From NCBI RefSeq assembly GCF_964188315.1, contig NC_135662.1, positions 63,302,001-63,366,000 on the forward strand: a stretch of 64,000 nucleotides of DNA. The letters run 5' to 3'. Shown piece after piece: positions 35,881 to 48,322 of the stretch (positions within the stretch are counted from its first letter, which is position 1; each line of letters opens with the position of its first letter). The stretch is from Podarcis muralis (lineage: Eukaryota). The position numbers and the translations under genes are program-made. The notes below the pieces were generated by a model. The model was not told the DNA's origin, made no database searches, and worked only from the letters and a program-made list of their open reading frames with translations.

Positions 35881-37380
35881 TCTTTTTTATAAATAATATA
35901 CCCATCATTCTGACAAGTAAATATTTTTATAAATTACAACAGTTATTCAATCATCATGTTAACATTTCATACTCCCGACTCCTTCCCCCTCTTTCTGTGG
36001 TTCTTTACATTGCTTTCCATCTTCCTGCATGCTCCAAATTATCTCAACATATTCTGTTATATATTCTCGTATATATCTCATATATATCTTGAAACTGCAG
36101 GTTTTTACATTGATCCTGCCAGTGTCTTAATCTGTTTACAGTTTGTTTGTAAATACTCAATAAACCATTGCAATTCCTTAAAAAAATATTGTTATCTTGA
36201 TTTCTTATTCTTCTGGTAAGTTTTGCTGTTTCTGCATAGTCCTTAACTTCTGTATCCATTCCTTTCTCATCAGGACCTTTTCTTTTTTCCATTTTTGGGC
36301 AAATAACATTCTTGCGGGGGGACGCGGGTGGCGCTGTGGGTTAAAGCCTCAGTGCCTAGAACTTGCCGATCGAAAGGTCGGCAGTTCGAATCCCCGTGGC
36401 GGGGTGAGCTCCTGTTGTTCGGTCCCAGCGCCTGCCAACCTAGCAGTTCGAAAGCACCCTCGGGTGCAAGTAGATAAATAGGGACCGCTTTCTAGCGGGA
36501 AGGTAAACGGCGTTTCCGTGTGCGGCTCTGGCTCACCAGATGCAGCTTTGTCACGCTGGCCACGTGACCCGGAAGTGTCTCCGGACAGCGCTGGCCCCCA
36601 GCCTCTTAAGTGAGATGGGCGCACAACCCTAGAGTCGGACACGACTGGCCCGTATGGGCAGGGGTACCTTTACCTTAACATTCTTGCAGCTGTGGTTGCA
36701 TACATAAATAAATTTCTATACTGTTTAGGTAGTTCTGATCCTATAATTCCTGAAAGAAAAGGTTCTGTTTTTTTAAATAAATGTTAGCTTAAACATCTTT
36801 TTCAGTAAACTTTAACCTTATTACAAGACCACCACAAAAGAAAAAAGGTACTGTACCTTCTTTCTCTTTCTCCAACACATATTTGATTTGGATTTATACA
36901 TTACTGCCAATCTACTAGGTGTTAGGTACTATCTATATAGCATTTTCATATAGCTTTCTCTTAAACTATAACCTGCTGTAAATTTTATATCCACATTCCA
37001 TAAATATTCCCATCCATTTCTATATTATTACCAATATCTCTTGCCCAATATACCATTGAAGATTTCTTATTTCTTTCAGATTTTCCACAACTCCGCCTCC
37101 TACATTTATTCCATTAATGCAGGGTTTTTCTTGTTTCTTCTTTATTTTCCAAGCCAATAATTTCCCTGGCTTGTTCAAATTGTTTCTGCTTTAAATATTT
37201 AATTTCCCACTCTATTTCCTGGTTTATTATCATTGAAGATTGTGTTTGCAACATCTTGATATCCTGTTTCATTATCTCTTTTCGAGGGGAATTTATTCAT
37301 TCTTTTCCTTTCCTTTTTATTTCTTGCAAATTTTCTTGTTTTTTTCTGCCCTCTTATCTTTCTTTCGTATGAACTTTTTT
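35881..37380 (-). mobile_element. Degenerate L1 ORF2 3' fragment in BLOC1S5 intron 2, interrupted by a Sauria SINE
   Basis: Reverse strand gives L1-like peptides with stops (QDIKMLQ...IINQEIEW; WNVDIKFTAGYSLRESYMKMLYR; AETAKLTRRIRNQD). Boundaries approximate. Confidence 0.8.
36316..36675 (+). mobile_element. Sauria SINE (different subfamily) inserted in L1
   Basis: SINE head and ACCTTT tail with a diverged 3' half. Perfect 12-bp TSD TAACATTCTTGC (36304-15, 36676-87). Confidence 0.95.
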
Positions 37381-38403
37381 GACAAGTAAATATGGAACAG
37401 ATTATCTGCAGCTTTTGGATGTTTGCATTGCTCATGACTCTGTCTCTTGAAAATGCCAGCTGCTGACATTTGGGGACCAGATCTTTAAAAGCATGAAAAT
37501 AATAATTTAGCAGTGTTTCAAAGCATCTAAAACTTGTAGTTTCATTTACCACCACAAAGACTATTGGTGTGATTTTTCTTTGTTTTTTTACTTTTTAATA
37601 AAAGATCAGATTGTACGGCTTCTGGCCTTACTGTTTATCTGCCCTTTAAGATCCATCCAGATGAAAAGACACACCTCTCCTTGTCTCTTGCCACTGTCTT
37701 TAATACTGTCACTGCTGCTGTTTCTAATAGAAGAAACTACCACATTAGTTTTCTCTCTCTCCATGTTTTCATGAAGGAACAAATGATAGCAGTAGCAGGA
37801 AAAGGCCAGCAGGGGAGGAGGAGGAACTGGTGCAAAGAAATAGGCATTTGAGAGCATTCATGGGGAATCTCCTTCCCATACCTGCAACATTTAAAATTAT
37901 CCCAAGGAAATAATACTAAGTTCTTGATTTTCATAACCTGTCTGAAAAATGAAAGCATCTTTTAAAATTACCTATAATGTAATCAAACCTATATTTTCCC
38001 ATATTAACTAGATACCTTTGGGGTTTTCTTGTTTTTAAATGTTGAATATATTTTCCACAAGATGGCAGCAAAACTTCAAGCTGAATGGCCAGAGCAGAGG
38101 TGTGTGTGGACCCTGAATTTAGTGATAGCTTCCAGTTGGTTTCTGTTAAGAATTGTTGATGAAATGAGCAAAAGCAAAACTTTGGGTATATTTTTCGTTT
38201 TTGAAAAATGAGGTGTGTTGATAATGAGGTTGTGCTCCATAAACGTTTAGAAGCATTAAGTGAGAAAGGTCTAGATATTCTGTACTGTTTAAAAACATTT
38301 TTAAAGGGGGGGTCCATTTACCAACTTCAAGGTAGCATCTAAATAACAGCAAATGAACCTCGTGGAATATATAGAAATTCCCTCTTTTTAACTTTCTCTA
38401 TAG

Positions 38404-38533
38404 GAAAAGCGTGGTTTCCGAGAAGTGCGGGTTCTTGAAAACTTGAAGAACACAACTTTTGAGACAAATGACCAAACTCTGCCAAAGTGTGAACAAATGA
38501 TGCAGGGGAACCTAAATGAAGCTCTCGGGAGAT
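38404..38533 (+). CDS. BLOC1S5: BLOC1S5 coding exon 3
   Basis: TAG acceptor and GTAAGC donor, 130 nt: EKRGFREVRVLENLKNTTFETNDQTLPKCEQMMQGNLNEALGR. Confidence 0.98.
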
Positions 38534-39621
38534 GTAAGCTAGAAATTATTGGTTTTCTTCTATGCCTTTTACAAAGTGTTTGGATTCTTAGACAGACACT
38601 AAACAGCTCCACATAAAGTTGGAGTCTTTATGTAAAGTAGCCATCTGGTGGCCCTTTTATTCACATCATTATGAGCCATATTCAAAAGGAGATAAAGATG
38701 TGAGTATTTTCATCCTGAGCTTTCCCTGATGTTTTAATTGTAGAGGGAAACTGCTATTTAGTTTTAAAAGCACTTTGCCTTTTCAGCAGTAGGAGATACT
38801 ACCATGAAAAGAAGTCTCTGACTTTACAAATTGTCCTCCCTATCCCCTCCTTGTTATGGCTGTTAACCCTTCCATTTCCTGTAAAAACAACAACAACATT
38901 CCATTCTGAGCAAGGCTAGCAGTGGGTGGGCATGTCAAATGATGCATGAATTCGGTGCATCATAGTTAGGCCTGCATGGCTCTAAGGCAGCAAGATGGGA
39001 TCTGGGAGGAACCATCCAACACACACACATCCCATGGTATGGTTGAAAGGTACACTACCTTACTGAAGCTAAGCAGTCTGGATCTGCTTAGTGTTTGGAT
39101 GGGTGACCACCTGGGAACCATGTGTATGCCACCCTGGGTCCCATAATGGAAAGAAAGCAGGATATAAATGTAGGAAAATAAAATATACACAGATATACAC
39201 AGGCAGCAAAACTTGGGAGATAATTCTATTCCTCTTTAGCCATATATTTATAAGTTATCATGTTTAAAGCAGAAAATAGTTGCGGATATTACATTTTTAC
39301 ATAGTGTTTTTCAGCATCCTGCATAGGTCCAAATGTCTCAATGACTAGCAGAAAAAGTGTTATGCAGCATAAGTGAATATTTAAATTAATAGAATATGTG
39401 TAGGCACAGAATTTAGACTACCTTGATTCAAAAATCTCAGTGGCTTTTAAAGTTTACCCAGTCATGTCAAAAGGCATCCTGACAAGGGCATCCTGACTGA
39501 AACTAGATCACAGGATGGTTAAGATCCACAGCTTCTCTGTGCAGTGAGATTAAATAACCCCTGTCAGAAATGTGTCCCTTAAGATGAGCCAATGAAACAA
39601 TTTGTAACCTATACATTTCAG

Positions 39622-39680
39622 TACAGGTAGCCAATGAAATGATCAACAGACTCCAGGGGAGAGAGCAGGAAGAAAGAAAG
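39622..39680 (+). CDS. BLOC1S5: BLOC1S5 coding exon 4
   Basis: CAG acceptor and GTAAGG donor, 59 nt: (L)QVANEMINRLQGREQEERK. Phases fit the flanking exons. Confidence 0.95.
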
Positions 39681-40524
39681 GTAAGGATTAATAAACTAGT
39701 TAAGAACTAATGCCGGGTCTAACCTGCAAGGTATTCTGGTGATAGTCTGCGTAGTTTTTATGTCGTTTTTTCCTTGCACCAAAACACTGTATGGTTTCAG
39801 AATGATTGTTCTGCGCCTTCAATCTTTCCTTCTCTACTTTTTCCTTCCCTACACCTACAGCAAGTTAGGTTTTGCTATGGTAAACGGGATTTTGTGGTTT
39901 CTTTTGTTCATTTGTTTGTTCGTTCTTACTATCTCAGCAGCAAGTGTTCCGCTGCTGAGTCTTTACTTTATATTATAATACTGCATTCAACACAGCATAT
40001 AAGCCAGCGAGGAAACAACTAGCTGTGAACCAATTAATGAATGCTTTAGCATATGCTTAGTAGTGGATGCCTTACGGTTAAATACAATATTTTTGTCTAG
40101 GTACATACCGGCTCTCTTGTCACTGAAAAATCATGCTAACACACAAGGGGAGCTATGCTACCTCTGCCCCGACCACCATTCTGCCTTTCAGCTTGTTAAG
40201 GGCTACTCAGTGAAGAAAAGGAACCTCTTGTATTTGTGGAAGCTCCCCCCACCCTCCAATTCTGGACCTTGAGATTTTCTTGGGTTCCAAAAGTTTCAGA
40301 GAGCCTCCATGACCACAAGAGGCTTGCTTTTTCTCTAGGTCACCCTATGTAAGGTGGAAGGAGACAGCAATGGGGGGAGCTAGCACCCTAGTCCCCACAT
40401 CCTCCTCGCATGTGTAACACACTTTCCAGATGACTGAAGGGTGCTACTATTAATCCATAAACTTCGGCAACATGTTGACTTCGCCACTTTGTAACCCAGT
40501 ATGGCTTTTAAGTAAAGCTATTTA

Positions 40525-40770
40525 GGAGTACCTCTGGTTGCAAACGGGATCCGTTCCGGAGGCCTGTTCACAACGTGAAAAGAGCACAACCCACAGCGGC
40601 GCATCTGCACATGTGTGGGTTGCGATTCACCACTTCTGCGCATGATGTCATTTTGCGCGTCTGCGCGAGAGGCGAAACCCGGAAGTAACCCTTTCTGGTA
40701 CTTCCGGGTCGCCGCAGGACGTAACCTGAAATAACGTAACATGAAGCAGACGTAACATGAGGTATGACTG
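40525..40770. mobile_element. Tc1/mariner (Tigger-like) MITE, 1406 family, inverted orientation
   Basis: GTACCTCTGGTTGCAAACGGGATCCGTTCCGGA start (degenerate TIR) and GAGGTATGACTG + TA end. Confidence 0.8.
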
Positions 40771-40853
40771 TAATGCCAATCCATAGTTTGCATTCTGCAG
40801 ACTTCTGATATGTTCCATGTGTTGAAACTGATGATCCCTGAGACTGCCTGTGG

Positions 40854-41253
40854 TGTTCATACGGAGCCCCCGGTTGTTTCACGGGCTATTGACCCATACA
40901 CCACTAATCTGCTGCCACCAATCAGGTTCTCTCCGGTAAAACACTTCGTCTCAGTCGGGTTCTCAAGTTAACAACGAAGATTGTAGTTTATTGCAAACAC
41001 AACTAAACTTTAAATGCATTCAAAACACTGTTACCCTTTACCCTCTTAGTCTTATTGTATCCTGTCTCTAACTCACTCTAACTCTTCTACCTCCCCTCAC
41101 ACAAGAACCAATTGCACTAACTGTCTCTCTATTTTCAACTGCATTTTCCCAACTGTCTAAACCTCTGGCTAAGCCTTTTAAAAACAGGTAGGCTCCGCCT
41201 CTGGGCTTTTCTATTGGTCTACCTATTAACCCTTTCTCTCCCCCGTACAGACA
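40854..41253 (-). mobile_element. Probable solo LTR in BLOC1S5 intron 4
   Basis: Minus strand runs TGTCTG...ATGAACA with CCAAT, TTTTAAAA and AATAAA in U3-R-U5 order. No clear TSD. Confidence 0.55.
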
Positions 41254-43821
41254 TTTCCAAAAGAACGGGCAAATGCCACACTGCCAAACGGTAATGTGCA
41301 AGAAATTTGCAGATTCCTGCAGTGCCTTCAGTAAAACAAAAGTTGGTTCTAGAAGCTCACTTTCCTTCAGAATAGCTTCAAAAAATGTAGAAAGAGGTTG
41401 AGGAGAGCCGCCATTAGTAAGTCTTCAAGAAGCACTATAAAAATAACGGGAGTTACTAGATCCTCTTCCACTTTCTCAGTATGTGGAAAGTTTTTCTTAG
41501 AATTTCCTTCACAGCTTGAGAAAGGGGAAAGAGATGGTTAAAGAAACCCAAATCCCTATTTTTCGTGGAACAAAAAATATCCAACAGAATGGAAATGTAA
41601 ATCTTTCCTGCTTAGTTGAAAACACTGAACATATTATGAATACAGCTTATTGAAATGGAAGTGTTTCATACTTGTGGATGTTATTTAATGAAAGGCCATA
41701 TTATAAGAACATGTGACTCACTGGAATCTCTCACATGGCTGCACATTGCTTGTTTGTAATACAGATATTCTAAAACCTCAGGATTAGGAAAAACTGTGCA
41801 AGAAGTTAATTCTCCATGTTAGTTCTGTACTTCACTATTATAGGCAACCTGTTCAGCTCTTTAGGCTGTAATAGAGCTGCATTGTAAGATGGCTGCAGCT
41901 ACAGTCAATGTTTCTATTTGTATATGAAAATGATGGATAACAGTTAAACGATATCATACGTAATATGGATGTAAAATTCCCAATTTATTCAACTTGGCTA
42001 AAATATTGGGAGTCTACCACAGGTACACACATTCCCTCCCCTTCGCTTACACACGAATTCTTTCCTTTAGCCATGATGCATCTGCACCAATGTATACCTT
42101 TACCCACTTCAAGCGCTGGCGTCAGCCACTAGTTTGAACCTAACCACAGTTAAAGTTAATATTGGTGCAGATGTAATACTGTACCATGGTAAGAAAGCCC
42201 CAAAGAGGTGGTTTCAGGTAGAGCTAGGCAATGTATTGATATGTAATCTCGGTTGGAAGTCCATGTGGTGATATCAATTTCATAGTTTTTGACCTGGCAA
42301 TATATCACAAATCATGATGCGCATGTGTGTGCTATGCAAAAACCACAATGTGGGGGAAAACGAGAAGCCAGCCAATGCCTCTACATAGCCCCATCCTTAT
42401 TTCAGACATGATTGCAGACACTTTCTGTCAATACATGTGGTAGCAATTTATTCATATATCTGTTAGATTTAGCATGGTGACGGCTGTGTGAAGACTATAG
42501 GAGATCCACAGCCAGCAAGATTTATAATGTTTGTGTATAATGTTCAGAAATAGTGCAATAGTGAGGCGTTAGTATTGGCTGGGGTAAATGTATGTTGAAC
42601 ATAATGCCCCAAACCATAGAATTGACCATACTCTTATGCCAGTCTTATCTTGTATCGCTTTATGCCTTAATTGGAAAGGACTGCTGAAAAATTCTTTAGA
42701 ACCAGCTTTAGTTTGCTCACCAGATTTCCCTTCCAGCCTTTGCACCATCCTGGGAAAGCTGAAAATTATTATTTTTTAATTGATGGCTTTCCCTAGTTTA
42801 TGTGCGTCATTGGGCAGGTTAATTCTACATGAACAAGACAGTCCTGTGTCCTGGCTACACTTCACATTTCTTATGTGAGCATATCTTAAGATGGAGGGCG
42901 ACAAATACTAAATACAAGGTTCCTGTGATAGAGGGTCACTTTTTATTTTTTAAAGGAGCATATCAAAATCAGTGGTTGCAATGCTGTATTTCATGCATTT
43001 TGCTGAAGTTAGCTATCAGAACTGGATAAGAGAGGTTATTAAATGGAGTTGGCACTGCTTATTAAAGTTTCAAGTTAAATATTGAGTGTTGCCAGTCCAG
43101 AGTATAGCCAAGCACTTACTGTGTCTGTCTGGGTATTTATGTTAAAACAAAAACAAAGTGTCTGATAGGATGATTTTAAAAAGACAGATTTTGCTTTGTT
43201 CATTTACTTAAATTTTCCTTGTTCTGCAACCGTACCCAAAGCAATTTGTCCGCAGCACTGTAGAACAGGCAACAACCATTTTGCACAGGGGTTACATTCC
43301 TGACCCTCCCATGTGTTGGCGCAGTACGTGGAAGCCCCTTTCACCCCCTGCCCCCTTTTCCAACCACTTCTGGGTTACGGCGATGTGTGCATGCACAGTC
43401 ATATGTTAGTTAGTTGTTGCCTGTATACAATTGCACATTCTACAGGGAAAGCACTAGAAACAGTACCATCCAATTTACAAATAGCAGCAGTGTAAGAAAA
43501 AAGGCAATAGTGCAAGGGGAAGCCACAAACTAGATTTAGCAAATAGCAGTTGTGGTGAGGAGGGGATAAATCAGAATGAAAGCAAGCCACAGCGGGGAGA
43601 AACTGAAGCAAAAGCATGGTTGGGCAGTTGTTTTCTCACCCATGATGGTGGCAAAGTATAAGGGACCCTGTTACAGTGAAAGCTGGTTTCCATTCTTTCC
43701 TTGTTAACAGTGAGAACAGGTCTGCCCTGTAAACTGCTTGCCATCTTTTTTGTTATATTTTTGTACCACAAAACCTAAACTGCATGGATGTTTTCTTTTG
43801 TGATGTCCTTTTCCTTCTCAG

Positions 43822-43998
43822 CTTCAGACTGAGAAGCTAATGGCTGGTGAAACACGACGCAGAGCTCTGTGGGAGGAGTTTGTGAAGGAGCAGCAGAACG
43901 CAAAAGCAGTCGTGGACGAAGAGCACATCAAAGCGATGGAGCGCCTCAAAGAGCAATATGCCGCAATGGAAAAAGACCTCGCCAAACACACTCTTTAA
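43822..43998 (+). CDS. BLOC1S5: BLOC1S5 coding exon 5 (with stop codon)
   Basis: CAG acceptor, LQTEKLMAGETRRRALWEEFVKEQQNAKAVVDEEHIKAMERLKEQYAAMEKDLAKHTL then TAA. Total CDS 570 nt = 189 aa. Confidence 0.97.
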   Translation, partial: LQTEKLMAGETRRRALWEEFVKEQQNAKAVVDEEHIKAMERLKEQYAAMEKDLAKHTL

Positions 43999-44284
43999 GA
44001 AACTCACGTGCTCAGTAAGACTCCTCCTCATTTGCAGTATTGCTTTTCTTCTTATTCCAGCATCTTCCAATTTCAGGGTTACCAAGGAAGTACCAGAATT
44101 CAAATAGCATAGCAGGAATAACAAGGAATTGGGGAGGGAGGGGCTCTATAACGACTGTAATTATTCTTTGGCACTGATACTGGCAGCATTCAGATGATCA
44201 AGCCTTTGCTTAATAAGCCAGGATATTCACAAGCTCAGTGCCATCACACACACTCCCTTTGCTCCCCATTTCCTTTCAGTGGAG

Positions 44285-44502
44285 AAACAAACCAGGAAGC
44301 CACAGTTAAGCATAGCTTCCTGTTGTGTCTGAACTGGGAAACCATGCTTAATAGCTCTCAAATAAGTGAGAATTTGTAAGCCAGCTTTAACTCCATGGAC
44401 ATGGTTTATTGTGGCCTGGCTTGCTTGGAAGCCATTAACCATAGTTTCCTGGTCCAGACATAGCTGGAAGTTTATGGTTAACTGAAATTTCCTGGCTTGT
44501 TT
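44285..44502. repeat. Diverged inverted repeat (old palindromic MITE) downstream of the BLOC1S5 stop
   Basis: Arms 44285-44366 and 44419-44502 are reverse-complementary, roughly 70% by eye. Confidence 0.6.
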
Positions 44503-46249
44503 CCCAACTCATGAAGGGAGGAGTGAAGGGGCGCTATACAGGTACATGGAACATAAACTGGAGTTACTAAACTAAGATAGGATTTGATTGTCTGAGGCAG
44601 GTATTTATGTTAAGTGTTATTTTTTTAAAAAAACAAAACAAGTCTATGTAGGAACATAAAAGTATTCTCCCTTGATAATCTGAATTAGTTTCTCTGTTTC
44701 TATGTACAACCATTCATCTTGTAAATTCATCCTATTCTTCATACAGGGAATTCAAATGAGCTCTTTCACAATTATACCTTGGCTTTCAGAACAAGGAAGA
44801 TGGTGAAAATTTAATTTGAGAAATCATCCAAAGCTACAAAGTTATGGAAGTACAATGCCCTGAGTTTTATGGACAGACTTTTTGCTAGATAGCTCACCAC
44901 AAAGAAATCTGAAAGATCTCTCAGAAGAACTGATTTTTTTTTTTTTAATGAATAGAATAGCAAGAATGGGTGACAACCTGAGATTTTCAAAAGTATTATT
45001 CCTCCTATAATCCAGCATTATAGGGGACAACTACTACTTTTTTTGAGCACTGCATGTGAACAACTTTTGCTCGAGATGAACAATCTCACATATCAATTTG
45101 TGTTCTTACAAGGAGATGGTATTATGGAGCGTGATGAGCTCCTGTCTTCACTGTGATTAATCTGCATTAAGTATTAGAATAACGGAGGGAAAGCTCCTTG
45201 ATTAGTCCTTTGTAACCTAACTTTCAAAGAATTCATTAATAACAGGATGAAAGCCAAGGCAGGCTAAGTGAGGAACAGGAAGATCAAGTGTTATTTTAAC
45301 AGCTAGGCAGTGCATAAAATAGGAACATGTAAAACAAAATTACTCATTATCAGTGTTGCAACTGCAGATGGCCAACAATGGTTGCCTGTGTGAATGTATG
45401 GCTTAGTGTCAAGGCTCCATCCTGGCAGCCTGTTGATAATGTGATTAAAGTGAGCAGAGGAGATGGAATAAGTATTTGTGATTTCTTTCAATAACACTGA
45501 ACTTCTGCCAAGCTGCTCTATCCACTACCGTAGGGCTGACAGCTTCATCAATCATCATCAGGTACCTGGGCTGAAAAGAGCACTTGCCAGCAACTGAGGC
45601 ATGCTGGAATGTTGTGAATTCTCTTGTGGATTGGGGGTGGGGGGGCAGGAGGGGAAATGGATGACTTTAAAGCATTTCACACGCTGCGAGGGGGGCAGGG
45701 AGAACCTCTAACGAAATTGATGCAAAGCAGTTTTTCAGATGTCTGTGAACTCACTGATGTGGTGAAGTAAATTAAGAATCTGCATGGCTTATTATAGAAT
45801 TGAATTTGAGGCAGTTCAGAAGGTCGCTCTTGGTTTTTAACTCTGTGTTGGTCTTCAGAGCAAATGCCAACTTTTTGTAACTCGGATATTGGTGTGGTTT
45901 TTTAAAATAATAATTTCTTCTGTTGAAGTTAACTTAAGGTATGACGCCACCTGTGTGACCCTTTCATGGGTTTTATAGCTCTGAGGCAGGGATCGAAGGA
46001 AATGCCTAGCGCTGTGCACATCTGGGTTCAGCAGAAGCAGCAGTACTTCCCAGAAGATGTAGCTGCTAGTCTCTCATTGTTTGGAAATGGCTGCCTTACA
46101 TCTCGGCTTTACAATTCTCTAACACCCAGAGCCTCCTTTTCCTTCCACTCCTTGTCTGCTAAAAGCTCACAGCCCCTCTTGTGCCTAATTTGAGTGTTTC
46201 CCTTGTCCTACTTTCTTCATGACCCCTTCCACTGCTCATTGCTTTTCAC

Positions 46250-46564
46250 CAGGGGTCAGCAAACTTTTTCAGCAGGGAGGGCTGGTCCACTGTGTCCCAC
46301 AAACCTTGTGGGGGCCGGACTATATTTTGAAAAAAATATATGAATGAATTCCTATGCCCCACAAATAACCCTGAGATGCATTTTAAATAAAAGCACACAT
46401 TCTATTCATGTAAAAACACCAGCAGGCCTCACAAATAACCCAGAGATTCGTTTTAAATAAAAGGGCACATGTAAAAACACGCTGATTCCTGGACCATCCA
46501 CGGGCCGGATTTAGAAGGCAATTGGGCCGGATCCGGTCCCCGGTCCTTAGTTTGCTTATCCATG
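46250..46564. mobile_element. hAT (Charlie-like) non-autonomous element
   Basis: CAGGGGTCAGCAAAC / GTTTGCTTATCCATG ends, GGGCCGG subterminal repeats, TSD CTTTTCAC / CTTTTCAT. Confidence 0.85.
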
Positions 46565-48322
46565 CTTTTCATTGTTGATTTCACCCCTTTGCCTTCTCCA
46601 TCCTGCCTCCTTCAGCCACTCTAATTATTAACCATCCAGTTTCCTTACCTGCATAGTACTTTCATATTTCGTGTCAGTAATATACACCAGGGGTTGGAGG
46701 ACAGTGAGTTCAAATCTTGAGCTTCCCCCTCACTCCTGCCCTGGGCACTTTGACAGGTAGGTGTGGTTGCCCACCCATCAATATTCTGACATTACCATGA
46801 CATCAGATGACCTCCCCCCCCCCCCTTTGCATGCCCAAGTTGGATTCAAATCACACCTGCAAGAAAACTCAGCTGAACCTACTTTTTGGCATGGATCAGT
46901 TGTACTTTAGAGTTCCTGGGTAGATGAAGGTCACATTTTAAAAGCGCCATATAAAAGCCCTGCTTTCAAGGAACAACTGGAGGGCACTTTAATGCTCCCT
47001 ATTGTTCCTTGGCAGCTGCAAATTTACCTGACATCATATATAAAAGCAGGTATATATGATGTGCCCAAGGTGTGCCCCATTAGGACCCCTTCCACGCATC
47101 ATTTATTCCACAGATTGGAGGGTCTCCATGCCTGATACATGCATTTTCCCAACCTAAATCAATGATATATGCATTTTTTTCTACCTACGTCATATTCCTG
47201 CTTCTTGCAAGGAAAAAAAAAGTTACTCCATCCATGGTTGTTCTTTAGGAACCTCGTTCATTTCATTAGTCATTTGTTACAATCGTGTTTGTTATTAATT
47301 TGCTGTTTCATTTGTTTCCTTTGCTCCCCCTGTTACTCTCAATGGGAGTCCAAGCTGCTTTTCTTCTGCCTGTAAGTGCTGTGTTCTCTGTCCAATTGGC
47401 ATTGAATTTTCAGACATTCTGCTACCCCTCCAAGGGATCAGACCTGCCAGATTTCAGACAAATAGGAAAAAGGGCCCCCATTGTTAGGCTATGTCTATGT
47501 CTGTCTAAAGTGGCATTTATTTTTAGTCCAGGTCCTGGACACTTAATAGCTGCTCATATACAGCAAACTAATTCCTCCACTCCCAGTGAATATTAAGGCT
47601 CTAGGAACCAATGAACAAGCCTAGGGACACTCCATGTATTACAGGAAATAAGCTGTACAGTTTGGGGCTTGTGATGAGATTTTAGTTTGCTTTATGTGAG
47701 CAACAATTGACTTCGACTGAAAACAGATTTAACTAAGAGCTGCTCATTTGCTTTTTTCACCCTTCCCTCCTTAGGTAACCTCCACCAGCATGTATTCCGA
47801 GTTTAGAGAAAAACAAAAATAAATGAGTAACAAATTAATATGTGCCAATTTGGAATTCATTTGGCATTTATCTTGTATTTCAATTTTTAATCAGTTGCCA
47901 AAATGAGTCCGGTTTTTCTAGCATATGCTGCCTTGGCCTTTGTGCTTCCTGCTTCATGTCTTTCAAACTTCCTAGAACCTCTTCTCATCATTCCCCTTAG
48001 TCTGCCCGTACCAGAAATAAAGTTCATCCTGTCTCCAAAGGGATTTTGTTCAAGAATAGCCAAAACAGTCTTTCACTTCCCTCACAAAAGCCAGACAGTT
48101 TTTGAAAATTCTGTTGTCTGCATTTTCGTCCCCTCAGTACTTAAAATGCTTGTGGACATTCAGCGACAGCACAGCAGCTCAGCCAACCATTGGCAGAGAT
48201 TTTAACTGCCATGAGATCTCACAGCACATTACAATATGTATGTGCAAACTGGCAAGAGTTCTTATGCCGGCAACATCTTTGGTAGCAGCAGTCATGTTAA
48301 AATGTTAGGATGAAGAGGCCAA

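Noticed and set aside
37199-37555. 118-aa Lys/Arg-rich ORF on the minus strand
   Set aside because: It is an off-frame reading of the degenerate A-rich L1 ORF2.
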